Under the pieces are notes generated by a model. It saw nothing but the letters and a program-made list of their open reading frames with translations. It ran no database searches and was not told the origin of the DNA. Made by a program: the position numbers and the translations under genes. A stretch of DNA of 63,762 nucleotides, the filler included. It is 8 parts of 8 records of this genome, joined end to end, with 100 filler letters (N's around TTAATTAATTAA, not from the genome) between each part and the next. Parts side by side here need not be neighbours in the genome. Positions count along the whole stretch, not along the records: positions 46,400 to 52,056 come from SRR31147125_33033; positions 52,157 to 58,442 come from SRR31147125_33058; positions 58,543 to 63,762 come from SRR31147125_33107; 5 more parts are not named here. One strand, given 5' to 3'. This document shows positions 50,566 through 60,503 of the stretch, piece by piece; positions within the stretch are counted from its first letter, which is position 1, and the number at the start of each line of letters is the position of its first letter.

Positions 50566-52056
50566 TTATTTTCCTTTGATTATACGATTTTTGCGAAATT
50601 TTCCAGGCCTTCGTTTTGATTTTTTGGGCGTTGCGTAAACACTCTTTTGGGTGTTATATATTTTTCTATCTTTTGAGCTTTTTTCTACCAGAAGAGTTTT
50701 CTGCTTTTCTTTTCTTTTTATATCCCTTTCCACATAAAGTTTCTCACCTGTAAAAGGATTTTTCCCCGTATAATACATTAAACTGGAATATGTGGATGGC
50801 GTTGGTGTAAATATTTGAACCTGTTCCGGTGAAATGGCTAATTTTTCTGAAGCAGCGATTTTAAGACGTTCCATTTCCTTATCCGTACATCCTGGATGAG
50901 CGGCAATAAAATAGTAAGTTAAATACTGATCTTTACCGGCATTTGATGAAAGTTTGTAAAACAATTCTTTAAAGTTTAGCAGCGATTTTTTACCTGGCTT
51001 TCCCATTAAAGATAGAATTTTATCATCAAAGTGTTCGGGTGCGATTTTCATCTGACCGGATGTGTTATTAGTCACAATTTGTTTTAAATATTTAAAACCA
51101 TGTTTTTTATCATCCAAAACCATATCATATCGAATTCCTGAAGCGACAAAAACGTTATGGACGCCTTTTATTTTTTGCAATTGTTTTAATAAATCGACCT
51201 GGCCGCAGTGATCCGGGTTCAGCGAGCTACATTTATCCGGGAAAAGACAGCGTTTATTTACACAGGCACCGGATTTAAATTTTTTAGCACATTCAAATCC
51301 ATACATATTTGCTGTGGGACCACCCACATCAGCAATGGTGCCACTGAATTTATTATGTTTGGTAAAATCTTTTGCCTCTTTAAGAATGGATTTTTGACTT
51401 CTGCTGCTAATGGTTCTTCCCTGGTGAACCGCGATCGCACAAAAGTTACATTCCCCGTAACAGCCTCTATGGGTGGTTATTGAAAAACGAATGGTATCCA
51501 GAGCTTTTACCTTACCATGTTGACCATAAAAAGGATGAACGTCCCGTTCATAGTCCAGGTCATAATAGGAATCTATTTCTTCAACGTTTGGCAGTGGCTG
51601 AGGCGGATTCTGGATCAGGTAGCGCTCCCCTGTTTTTTGACACAAACCTTTTGCCGTGATAGGATCATTATTATCATAAAAGGACCTGAACATTTTTGTA
51701 AACGTCCGTTTACTGCGGACGCATTCCTCATATGATGGTAACTGGATATAGCTGTATTTTTTCTCTCTTAAGATAAATGACACACCTCTGACAGATTCAA
51801 CTGATTTTCCGAGTTTCATTTTAGTGGCCAGTTCAAGGATCGCCTTCTCCCCCATCCCGTATACTAAATAATCTGCCTTTGCATCGAACAGGATGGATCT
51901 GCGGAGCTTATCGGACCAAAAATCGTAATGTGTTATACGTCTCAGACTGGCTTCGATTCCTCCCAATACAATAGGTTTGGTATCCTTGAAATATCTCCTG
52001 ATCAGATTGGAATACACAATAACAGCTCTGTCAGGACGTCTGTTATTAGAGGTCCC
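50566..52056 (-). CDS. ygiQ: YgiQ family radical SAM protein (5' truncated)
   Basis: RPDRA, GGIEASLRR..HYD.W, RGCYGECNFC, DVGGPTANMY, SGIRYD, YFIAAHPG. Confidence 0.95.
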   Translation of the reverse strand, partial: GTSNNRRPDRAVIVYSNLIRRYFKDTKPIVLGGIEASLRRITHYDFWSDKLRRSILFDAKADYLVYGMGEKAILELATKMKLGKSVESVRGVSFILREKKYSYIQLPSYEECVRSKRTFTKMFRSFYDNNDPITAKGLCQKTGERYLIQNPPQPLPNVEEIDSYYDLDYERDVHPFYGQHGKVKALDTIRFSITTHRGCYGECNFCAIAVHQGRTISSRSQKSILKEAKDFTKHNKFSGTIADVGGPTANMYGFECAKKFKSGACVNKRCLFPDKCSSLNPDHCGQVDLLKQLQKIKGVHNVFVASGIRYDMVLDDKKHGFKYLKQIVTNNTSGQMKIAPEHFDDKILSLMGKPGKKSLLNFKELFYKLSSNAGKDQYLTYYFIAAHPGCTDKEMERLKIAASEKLAISPEQVQIFTPTPSTYSSLMYYTGKNPFTGEKLYVERDIKRKEKQKTLLVEKSSKDRKIYNTQKSVYATPKKSKRRPGKFRKNRIIKGK

Positions 52057-52156
52057 NNNNNNNNNNNNNNNNNNNNNNNNNNNNNNNNNNNNNNNNNNNN
52101 TTAATTAATTAANNNNNNNNNNNNNNNNNNNNNNNNNNNNNNNNNNNNNNNNNNNN
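52057..52156. other. Artificial contig spacer
   Basis: N-run/TTAATTAATTAA/N-run. Confidence 0.99.
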
Positions 52157-52158
52157 AA

Positions 52159-52446
52159 AAAAAGTCTTTTGAGAGTTTTATCAGCAAGACAGCTTTTCTT
52201 TTGTTAGTGTTCGGGGTGCTCTGTATCCTGAAAGTGTGGTTAAAAGTGCAAAACGATCAAATGTTGCGTAAAAATGGTGAATTGAGATCCACTCTGAGTA
52301 CATTAAAGTATGAAAATGCGCTTTTGGAAGCAAAGGTTGAGGAATTGAAAAAGATGGATCGAATTACCGATATCGCAAAAAACAAAATAGGACTGGGTAA
52401 GGTGCCCGTGTATACAATGGATCTTGGTTCGTTTGATGGTAATTAA
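52159..52446 (+). CDS. ftsL: Cell division protein FtsL (5' truncated)
   Basis: One TM plus coiled coil, RITDIAKNKIGL; directly upstream of ftsI. Confidence 0.8.
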   Translation, partial: KKSFESFISKTAFLLLVFGVLCILKVWLKVQNDQMLRKNGELRSTLSTLKYENALLEAKVEELKKMDRITDIAKNKIGLGKVPVYTMDLGSFDGN

Positions 52447-52582
52447 CGAAATATCCATTTTCTTACTTTAAATGGAAACGAAAGAACTTGGTAAAAGCAA
52501 GTCAAGGTTTTAAGGATGATCACACAGCACGCCGTTCAGCGTAATGGGATGGTAAAACTCATAAAAAAGTGGGTTGATCGGC

Positions 52583-54715
52583 ATGACAAAAAAAGGTGAC
52601 AGATTAGACACAAGGCGGCTGACGATGTATTACGTAGCCGCATTTCTGTATTTAATGTTGTTAATAATTAGATTGGTTCAAATACAGATCCTCGAGCGGA
52701 AAGGATTTGCCATGATAGCTGACATACAATACAAGTATGAGGTGAAGCTGCCTCCAGAGCGCGGAAAGATTTTGGATAGAAATTTTACAACTTTGGCTAT
52801 CAACATACCAACAGTATCTGTTATAGCAAACCCAAACCGAATTAAAAACCGCCAGCTCGTTGCACAAAAGCTGTCCCCTTTACTTGGTAAAAGTGCCAAT
52901 TATTTTAGTCGAAAATTGAATACAAAGGCGGATTTTGTTTATTTGTCAAGACACGAGCCCAAATCAGTGGGTGATAAAATTGAGAAACTGGACATGGACG
53001 GTGTCTATTGCCGCATTGAAATGTTTCGAAGATACCCAAAAGGTCGAGTGGCTTCACAACTGTTAGGATTTACCAATATAGATGGTGATGGCCTGAGCGG
53101 TATCGAATTGTCTTGTGAGTCGTTTTTACGAGGTAAGCCGGGAAAAGCTATTTTGCAGAGGACTGGCACCAGTAAGCTGTTTCGCAGCGCTGAATACCCA
53201 GTTATACCGGAACAAGACGGTTATGACGTTATGTTAACGCTTGATTATATATATCAAAGTATTGCTGAAAAAGAATTACAAAGGACCGTACAGGAGTCAA
53301 ATGCCGATAGCGGTACTGCTGTTATTATGAATCCCTCTACAGGCGAAATTCTGGCAATAGCGTCTGCTCCTAATTTTAATCCCAATCAGCCTGGCAAGTT
53401 TCAGCCGTCTTCATGGCGCTTGAGACCTATTACAGATCAATTTGAGCCGGGATCGACCTTTAAACTTGTCCTGTTTTCTGCTGTTTTGAACGAAGGTTTG
53501 AAAAGTCCGGAAGATCTTGTTTTTTGTGAGAATGGCAGTTACAGTTTAATGGGAGAAACGATCCACGATACATCTCCACACGGTTGGCTCACAATGGGGG
53601 ATGTGTTGGTGAAATCATCTAATATTGGTATGGCCAAAACAGCACTTGAAGTCGATAATGGATTGCTTTACAGGTATGCCCGCGATTTTGGATTCGGTGC
53701 ACAAACCGGAGTCGAACTCAAAGGCGAGATTGGTGGCGTTTTAAAATCAACCATAGATTGGTCGGGATATACTCCTGTTGCGATGGCCATTGGCCATGAA
53801 GTTGCTGTAACAGCCTTGCAAGCATGTAATATGTTTTCAACAGTTGCGAATGGTGGTATATTAATGCAGCCATATATCGTAAAATCCATACAGGATGTGG
53901 AATCAGGCAAGGTTGTTCAACGCGGAAGACAAAAGATGATTCGACGCGTTATCAAACAATCAACGGCTGATGTCGTAAAGGATTACATGCAGGAGGTTGT
54001 AGAACGCGGTACGGCAAAAAGAGCTCATATTGATAACCTGGAAATTTGCGGCAAGACTGGCACAGCCCGGATGGTAAAACAGGGTCAGCGAGGTTATCGA
54101 CCCAATGAACATATAGCTAGTTTTGGCGGATTTTTCCCAAAACAAAATCCAAAAGTTAGTATATTTGTAATGATTGAAAATCCGAAAGGACGTTATCACG
54201 GCGGCGAAGTTGCGGCGCCATGCTTTCGTCGTATAACCGAACAAATTATTGCTATCAACGGAAAAGAATTTTATAATCGGGGTAATGAAATTGTGACTGA
54301 GGATTCTGTCTCCATATCTCGGTTTACTGTTCCTCAATTTATAGGTGTTAAGAAAAAGAACGCACAAAAAATGGCCTCAATCTCTCATGTGGACGTAGAA
54401 ACGGTTGGCCGTGGCGATATTGTTGTTTCCCAGGAGCCCAGGTCGGGCCAATTAAGACAGGACGGTGAAAAAATTGTACTGGAAACAAACGAAAAAGAGC
54501 CGTATTTAGGCAATATGCTCGTTCCGGATGTCACTGGTTTACCTCTGCGTAACGCTTTAAATGTGCTTGCTTCCAAAGGCATATTCGTTCGGGTGGTTGG
54601 TTCCGGAAAGGTGGTAAAACAACAACCCCTAGCAGGACATGAATTACGGGAAAATGAACAGGTTTTATTGCACTGCGAATCATCTATTGATTTACGTAAA
54701 TTATTAGTTTTGTAG
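52583..54715 (+). CDS. ftsI: Class B penicillin-binding protein FtsI/PBP3 with two PASTA domains
   Basis: RGKILDRN, RRYP, EPGSTFK (SxxK), KSSN (SxN), GKTGTA; C-terminal VP..G repeats. Confidence 0.95.
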   Translation: MTKKGDRLDTRRLTMYYVAAFLYLMLLIIRLVQIQILERKGFAMIADIQYKYEVKLPPERGKILDRNFTTLAINIPTVSVIANPNRIKNRQLVAQKLSPLLGKSANYFSRKLNTKADFVYLSRHEPKSVGDKIEKLDMDGVYCRIEMFRRYPKGRVASQLLGFTNIDGDGLSGIELSCESFLRGKPGKAILQRTGTSKLFRSAEYPVIPEQDGYDVMLTLDYIYQSIAEKELQRTVQESNADSGTAVIMNPSTGEILAIASAPNFNPNQPGKFQPSSWRLRPITDQFEPGSTFKLVLFSAVLNEGLKSPEDLVFCENGSYSLMGETIHDTSPHGWLTMGDVLVKSSNIGMAKTALEVDNGLLYRYARDFGFGAQTGVELKGEIGGVLKSTIDWSGYTPVAMAIGHEVAVTALQACNMFSTVANGGILMQPYIVKSIQDVESGKVVQRGRQKMIRRVIKQSTADVVKDYMQEVVERGTAKRAHIDNLEICGKTGTARMVKQGQRGYRPNEHIASFGGFFPKQNPKVSIFVMIENPKGRYHGGEVAAPCFRRITEQIIAINGKEFYNRGNEIVTEDSVSISRFTVPQFIGVKKKNAQKMASISHVDVETVGRGDIVVSQEPRSGQLRQDGEKIVLETNEKEPYLGNMLVPDVTGLPLRNALNVLASKGIFVRVVGSGKVVKQQPLAGHELRENEQVLLHCESSIDLRKLLVL

Positions 54716-54723
54716 GTGTTATT

Positions 54724-56133
54724 CTGAATGATTTTATACTGACAATTCCGGATATTTTTCGTGTAAATACACTTTCAGCCGAGTGGAAAGGATTTAATGA
54801 TCCGCCCACCATGAAATTGAAAGGTGTGTCGACAGATTCCCGCAGTATAGGTGAGAATGAGATTTTTGTCGCCATTGTTGGTGAACGATTTGATGGTCAC
54901 CAATTCATGCAAAAAGCTTTTGATAATGGTGCCATTGCTGCTGTTGTATCGCGGGATTGGTATGATGCGAACCAGCAGGATTACAGTCAACACAACTTTA
55001 TTGTTGTTGAGGATACACTATATGCTTATCAGGAAATCGCGAAATATTACCTGTCAAAATTTAATATACCCAAGATTGCTGTAACCGGAAGTTCTGGGAA
55101 AACAACAGCAAAAGAAACCATTTATTCAGTTTTATCCCAAAGATTTCGTGTCCTGAGAAATAAAAAATCTTTTAATAATCATATTGGTGTACCTGCCACA
55201 CTCTTTGAGCTTCGACCGCAGCATGAACTTTTGCTCGTTGAATTAGGAACCAATCATTTTGGAGAGTTGGAGCGCCTGAGTTATCTGGTTGAACCGGATA
55301 TTTGCCTGTTGTTGAATATAGGCTACGCTCATCTCGAATTTTTTAAAAACGTGAATGGTGTCCTGAAAGCAAAGATGGAAATATTTTCTCATGCCAGTAC
55401 AAAAGGAACTGCGATTTATAATCATGATGATCTTATTCTTGCCAAACAGTCTTATCCAGTGTCGCGTTCCCTTTCCTATGGAATCAAGAAAGGTGCTCAC
55501 ATTGGATGTAATGTGCTAAAATGTGATCCTTTGGCCCGATATAAGATTCGTTTTCAGGATAAAGATATTCAACTTCAAATACCGGGTCACCATAATATAT
55601 CCAATGCGTTGTCTGCAATCGCTGTTGCTTCTGAGTTTGGTTTAACGACAAGTGAGATCAAAAAAGGTTTGGAAAGTTTGAGCAATATTGATCAACGCAT
55701 GGAAATTGTTGAGGTTAGTGGATTAAAGATATTTAATGATTCCTACAACAGCAATCCAAGCAGTTGTGTGGCTTCCCTGTCTACGCTTGCTGATATGCAG
55801 GTTAAAAAGGGTGGCCGAAAAATCGTTATACTTGGTGACATGCTGGAATTGGGTGAGTTTTCTAATATAGAACATGCAAAATTAGCAGAACATGTATCAA
55901 AATACAAGCTGGATGCTCTTTTTCTCTATGGCGATGAAACCTATTCTACTTATGAGCGGGCTTTGCAACTGAAATTACCAATGGTTAAACATTTCAAAGA
56001 TCGGGACATGCTTCATCAAGAAGTTATCGGATTTGTAAGTGAAAATGATATTGTACTCATAAAGGGGTCGCGCGGCATGCGGCTGGAAACAGTCGTGAAT
56101 GCATTGAAAAATATTAATAAAGATTCAATTTAA
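54724..56133 (+). CDS. murF: UDP-MurNAc-tripeptide:D-Ala-D-Ala ligase (start CTG 54724 or ATG 54811)
   Basis: STDSR, GERFDGH, TGSSGKTTAKE, FNNHIGVP, ELGTNHFGE, NDSYNSNP, LGDMLELG, KGSRG. Confidence 0.95.
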   Translation: MNDFILTIPDIFRVNTLSAEWKGFNDPPTMKLKGVSTDSRSIGENEIFVAIVGERFDGHQFMQKAFDNGAIAAVVSRDWYDANQQDYSQHNFIVVEDTLYAYQEIAKYYLSKFNIPKIAVTGSSGKTTAKETIYSVLSQRFRVLRNKKSFNNHIGVPATLFELRPQHELLLVELGTNHFGELERLSYLVEPDICLLLNIGYAHLEFFKNVNGVLKAKMEIFSHASTKGTAIYNHDDLILAKQSYPVSRSLSYGIKKGAHIGCNVLKCDPLARYKIRFQDKDIQLQIPGHHNISNALSAIAVASEFGLTTSEIKKGLESLSNIDQRMEIVEVSGLKIFNDSYNSNPSSCVASLSTLADMQVKKGGRKIVILGDMLELGEFSNIEHAKLAEHVSKYKLDALFLYGDETYSTYERALQLKLPMVKHFKDRDMLHQEVIGFVSENDIVLIKGSRGMRLETVVNALKNINKDSI

Positions 56134-56144
56134 AGGGATACTAT

Positions 56145-57233
56145 ATGCTGTACTATTTGTTAACACCCCTTCGTGACGATTATATATTTTTTAACCTATT
56201 TCGCTATATCTCTTTTCGTGCAACAGCCAGCGCTGTAACGGCGCTCCTGATAAGTTTAATTATTGGTCCCTATGTTATCAAATTGTTGCGCAAACATCAA
56301 ATCGGCGAAGAAATCAGACAAGATGGGCCACAAAGCCATCTTAGTAAAAGTGGTACGCCAAGCATGGGTGGGATTATCATTATTATTAGCGTCGTTATCC
56401 CAACCCTGCTATTTGCCAGGATAGGAGAGACTTTTGTATGGCTGGTTCTACTTTCCACTGTTTGGTTGGCTCTTTTAGGTTTGCTGGATGATTATCTGAA
56501 AATAGTTAAAAAATATCCAAAAGGACTTGTTGCGAGATATAAACTTGTCGGGCAAATTGTGTTAGGACTCGTTGTGGGTTCTGTTATTTATTTTATGCCA
56601 GCTGTTGAATCGGCCCGATCTTCAACAACATTGCCCTTTTTTAAAAATTATGAAATTGAATTTTTTGGTATTTTGTATATTGCATTTGTGGCATTTGTCA
56701 TTACAGCATCTTCTAACGGCAGTAATTTAACGGATGGACTTGACGGATTGCTTATTGGCCTTATTGCCATTGCCGCTGTTGCTTTCGGTGTTATGGCTTA
56801 TTTTACCGGGCGTGTTGATTTTAGTGACTATCTTAATATTATCTATCTGCCTGGTGCAGGTGAGCTAAGCATCTATTGTGCCGCATTATTTGGGGCTTCG
56901 TTGGGTTTTTTATTTTTTAATTGTTATCCTGCTGAAGTTTTTATGGGGGATACAGGTGCCCTTGCCCTGGGTGGCGCGATTGGGACAGTGGCTGTGCTCA
57001 TTAAAAAGGAATTATTGCTTTTACTTATATGCGGGATCTTTGTGATTGAAAGTCTGTCTGTTTTGATTCAGGTTTTTGTATTCAAACGGACAGGAAAAAG
57101 AGTATTTAAAATGGCGCCTTTGCATCATCACTTTGAGCTGCTGGGATGGCCGGAACCAAAGGTGGTTATTCGATTTTGGATCCTCGGTATATTATTGGCA
57201 CTTTTAACATTAACAACCTTTAAGATTAGATAA
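56145..57233 (+). CDS. mraY: Phospho-N-acetylmuramoyl-pentapeptide transferase
   Basis: GTPSMGG, DDYLK, NLTDGLDGL, FMGDTG, MAPLHHHFEL. Confidence 0.98.
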   Translation: MLYYLLTPLRDDYIFFNLFRYISFRATASAVTALLISLIIGPYVIKLLRKHQIGEEIRQDGPQSHLSKSGTPSMGGIIIIISVVIPTLLFARIGETFVWLVLLSTVWLALLGLLDDYLKIVKKYPKGLVARYKLVGQIVLGLVVGSVIYFMPAVESARSSTTLPFFKNYEIEFFGILYIAFVAFVITASSNGSNLTDGLDGLLIGLIAIAAVAFGVMAYFTGRVDFSDYLNIIYLPGAGELSIYCAALFGASLGFLFFNCYPAEVFMGDTGALALGGAIGTVAVLIKKELLLLLICGIFVIESLSVLIQVFVFKRTGKRVFKMAPLHHHFELLGWPEPKVVIRFWILGILLALLTLTTFKIR

Positions 57234-57247
57234 ATTGAAAAGGTCCT

Positions 57248-58438
57248 ATGCAAAAGCATCGTTTCTTAAATATTGCTAAAATTGATTATATATTGGTAAT
57301 CTGTGTTCTGATTCTGGTGGTATTAGGTTCTATCTTTATTTATTCTGCCAGCTCTTATCGGGCAGAAAAAATTGGAAGAAGCAGTGAATATTTTTTGATG
57401 AATCATCTTGTCAGATTAATAGTCGGTATTGTACTCATGGTTTTAGCTGCTGCTATTCCGTACCAGATTTGGCTAGGTCTGTCGCCGCTCTTTTATTTTG
57501 TATCGTTTTGTTTACTCGTTTTTTTGCTGACCGGAATACCGCCAGCGTTTGAAGCAAAAGGATCGTGGAGATGGCTTAAAATGGGACCTGTTATGTTTCA
57601 ACCATCTGATTTTGCCCGATATGCTTTAGTGATGTTTTTAGCCAGAATTCTGACCAGCAAAAGACAACTATTAAATGACTTTTGGAAAGGTTATGTTAAA
57701 TTATTGCTTCTTGTTGTAGCCATTGTCTTGCCAATTGCTCTTGAAAAAGATTTGGGAACAGCTGTACTTATGACGCTCATTGCCTTTTCCATGTTTTATT
57801 TCGCTGAGATAAAGATTAAATATATTTTTGTTACCGGACTAACAGTAACTACCTGTGGATTTGCCTATATGATGAGTAATCCATATCAGTTAAAACGTGT
57901 TATGGATTATATTAATCAGTTCTTGCACAAATCAGAACCAGCCTGGCAAGTTAAGCAGTCTCTTATTAGTCTGGCGCAAGGAGGATTGTTAGGGCAGGGA
58001 ATAGGTAACAGTCGGCAAAAATATGAATTTTTGCCGGAAGCACATAAGGATTTTATTTTTGCCATTTTGGGCGAAGAAATTGGATTTGTTGGTGCGGTGC
58101 TGGTAATTTTATTATTTTTCTTTTTTATTTATAGAGGTATTAAAATAGCAAAAGAAGCTCCGGATAGTTATGGACTCTTACTCGCCGGAGGAATAACCGT
58201 GTGTATCGGTAGCTATGCCTTTATAAATATTGCCGTAGCTCTTGGTATATTACCTACAACCGGGATCCCCATGCCCTTTTTTAGTTATGGTGGATCTTCA
58301 CTGGTGAGTAATTTGGCAGCCGTGGGATTGATAATAAATATATCTTCGCAAGGTAGAAAATCCTATGCCAATTATTTTGGCTGGAGCACTTATAATAAAC
58401 GGCTTAATCGAACCATATTTAGTGGCGCGAAAAATTAA
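57248..58438 (+). CDS. ftsW: Peptidoglycan glycosyltransferase FtsW (SEDS)
   Basis: FQPSD, DLGT, LPEAHKDFIF..GEE.G, TGIPMPFFSYGGSS. Confidence 0.95.
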   Translation: MQKHRFLNIAKIDYILVICVLILVVLGSIFIYSASSYRAEKIGRSSEYFLMNHLVRLIVGIVLMVLAAAIPYQIWLGLSPLFYFVSFCLLVFLLTGIPPAFEAKGSWRWLKMGPVMFQPSDFARYALVMFLARILTSKRQLLNDFWKGYVKLLLLVVAIVLPIALEKDLGTAVLMTLIAFSMFYFAEIKIKYIFVTGLTVTTCGFAYMMSNPYQLKRVMDYINQFLHKSEPAWQVKQSLISLAQGGLLGQGIGNSRQKYEFLPEAHKDFIFAILGEEIGFVGAVLVILLFFFFIYRGIKIAKEAPDSYGLLLAGGITVCIGSYAFINIAVALGILPTTGIPMPFFSYGGSSLVSNLAAVGLIINISSQGRKSYANYFGWSTYNKRLNRTIFSGAKN

Positions 58439-58442
58439 TTTT

Positions 58443-58542
58443 NNNNNNNNNNNNNNNNNNNNNNNNNNNNNNNNNNNNNNNNNNNNTTAATTAATTAANN
58501 NNNNNNNNNNNNNNNNNNNNNNNNNNNNNNNNNNNNNNNNNN
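58443..58542. other. Artificial contig spacer
   Basis: N-run/TTAATTAATTAA/N-run. Confidence 0.99.
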
Positions 58543-58543
58543 A

Positions 58544-60460
58544 AGTGGTATTGATGGTATTCGTGATGTTGGTGTAACGACCGTAGCTTCAGGGAATGAT
58601 GAAACCTATCGAAAAGATACCAATATCAATCCCAAAGGCATTTATACCAACATCAATAATTTAACCTGGACCCACACACTAAGTCCGGCGACATTTTATG
58701 AAGTTAAATTAACCCAGGCAAATATGAACTATCATCAGATTGGTAACGCACGTGCCCGAAACTTTGGCGATGTATACCAAATTGGTCCGGTGTGGATGGA
58801 TGAAGGGCCTAAAGGCTGGTCCTACCAGCAAGGTGATAACAGGGATATTCTCGGCCTTTATAGAATGAGAGGCGACCGTAATACCGATTTAAGCCAGACC
58901 CACACAATGGCGTTAAATTTTGATATTACCAGCCAGGTAACAGCAAATCATCAGTTCAAAGCCGGATTCGAGTATCTTTACAAAGATATTTTGGAAGTGA
59001 CCGGATTTACTCAAAACTATCTGTTCCTGGTCAACGAAGATTACCGTAACGGACCCGATGGCCAATGGGGTACTGCCGATGATGGTGCACCCGGTGATCA
59101 GGCTAACTGGCACGATGTGCACGTTTACCCATGGTACGGAGCTGCCTATGTACAGGACCGTATGGAATATGGCGGTATGATCTTAAATATTGGATTGCGT
59201 CTTGATTTACACAGACCACATAACGACTGGTATGATCGAAATGATCTCTTTTTCTCTAATGGACCGGAATTTTGGGATGTCCATCTTCGCCGCTATGGAA
59301 GCAATGTGGATGACGTATGGAGTGATTCCCGCTCTGTTGCAGCTTATGGTAGTGAAAACTATGTCAACTATTATGGTCTGGAATCGGATACACATCCGCC
59401 CCTCCGTGCTGCCCTAAGTCCTCGATTGGGAATTTCCCACCCGATAGGACCGGAAAGCAAGGTATTCTTTAACTATGGCCATTTTTATGATACCATAACC
59501 AATGACCATTTATACCGCATGCAGCTTGGTGTTGATGAGCCTGTTGAAGAGATTGGGAATCCATGGATGTGGATGCCAAAAACCATTCAGTTTGAAGCGG
59601 GATATGAACAGCGACTGTTCGGTGACTATCTTGTCAATGTATCAGGCTATTACAAAGATGTTTCCGATGATATTGCTGGAACCAGTTTGCGAACACGAGG
59701 TGGCGGTACAAGCTATTCTTATAATGGTATTGGCCGTGACATAAAAGGTGTTGAAATAAACCTTGAAAAACGCTATGGTACGTTCATTACTGGTTTTATC
59801 AATGCCGATTATCGGACAGAAAAAGAGTCCAATTATGGTTATGACAGACTCTATCATCCTGAATCACAGGACTATGTGGATGATCCAGCTTTGATCAATT
59901 GGCTTGAAGTAACCCGTGATCCATTTATTAATTCACAAGAACCAGGCCGCTGGACAGCCAAACTCAATCTGGCAATGCATTCGCCACAGGATTGGGGCCC
60001 CGGACCTGTTGTTGGTGGTGCCAAACTGTTGGGATGGTGGAATGTTTCTTTGTACCACCGATACGAACAGGGTGAGGCATTTACCTGGAACCCGGATGGG
60101 CTGCAGCGTCTGCAGGGTGTTTACAACAAGCGTGAGAAATCGTATCACCGCACTGACCTCCATGTTGAAAAGCGTTTTATCTTTGCCGGGATTAATGCAA
60201 GTGCGTTTATGGATGTTACAAACTTGTTAAATGTCAAAAACTTGTCTGTGATAAATAATGCCAGAGACTGGGGCAGATTGGTTTCCCGTCAGGACAGAGG
60301 TGAAAGCAATGCCATGCAACGTGCATATATGAAAGCGCTGGAAGACGAAGGCAAAAGCTATGGCGAAGAAGTGAGCGATGAAACCCTGATGCCTCAACGA
60401 TTGTATTACTTTTACGATATACCACGTGATTTCTGGTTAGGCGTTCGGTTGTATTTTTAA
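58544..60460 (+). CDS. TonB-dependent outer-membrane receptor, barrel part (5' truncated)
   Basis: AAYVQDRMEY..LNIGLRLD, LSPRLGISHPI, FNYGHF, YYKD, NLLN, terminal PR..LGVRLYF. Confidence 0.92.
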   Translation, partial: SGIDGIRDVGVTTVASGNDETYRKDTNINPKGIYTNINNLTWTHTLSPATFYEVKLTQANMNYHQIGNARARNFGDVYQIGPVWMDEGPKGWSYQQGDNRDILGLYRMRGDRNTDLSQTHTMALNFDITSQVTANHQFKAGFEYLYKDILEVTGFTQNYLFLVNEDYRNGPDGQWGTADDGAPGDQANWHDVHVYPWYGAAYVQDRMEYGGMILNIGLRLDLHRPHNDWYDRNDLFFSNGPEFWDVHLRRYGSNVDDVWSDSRSVAAYGSENYVNYYGLESDTHPPLRAALSPRLGISHPIGPESKVFFNYGHFYDTITNDHLYRMQLGVDEPVEEIGNPWMWMPKTIQFEAGYEQRLFGDYLVNVSGYYKDVSDDIAGTSLRTRGGGTSYSYNGIGRDIKGVEINLEKRYGTFITGFINADYRTEKESNYGYDRLYHPESQDYVDDPALINWLEVTRDPFINSQEPGRWTAKLNLAMHSPQDWGPGPVVGGAKLLGWWNVSLYHRYEQGEAFTWNPDGLQRLQGVYNKREKSYHRTDLHVEKRFIFAGINASAFMDVTNLLNVKNLSVINNARDWGRLVSRQDRGESNAMQRAYMKALEDEGKSYGEEVSDETLMPQRLYYFYDIPRDFWLGVRLYF

Positions 60461-60503
60461 TAAAACGCTTTGTTCGTTTTAGTTTAAACTCATTAATTAA
60501 TAA

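Noticed and set aside
5950-58542. Seven identical TTAATTAATTAA palindromes in N-runs
   Set aside because: Artificial six-frame-stop linkers between contigs; no gene linkage across them should be inferred
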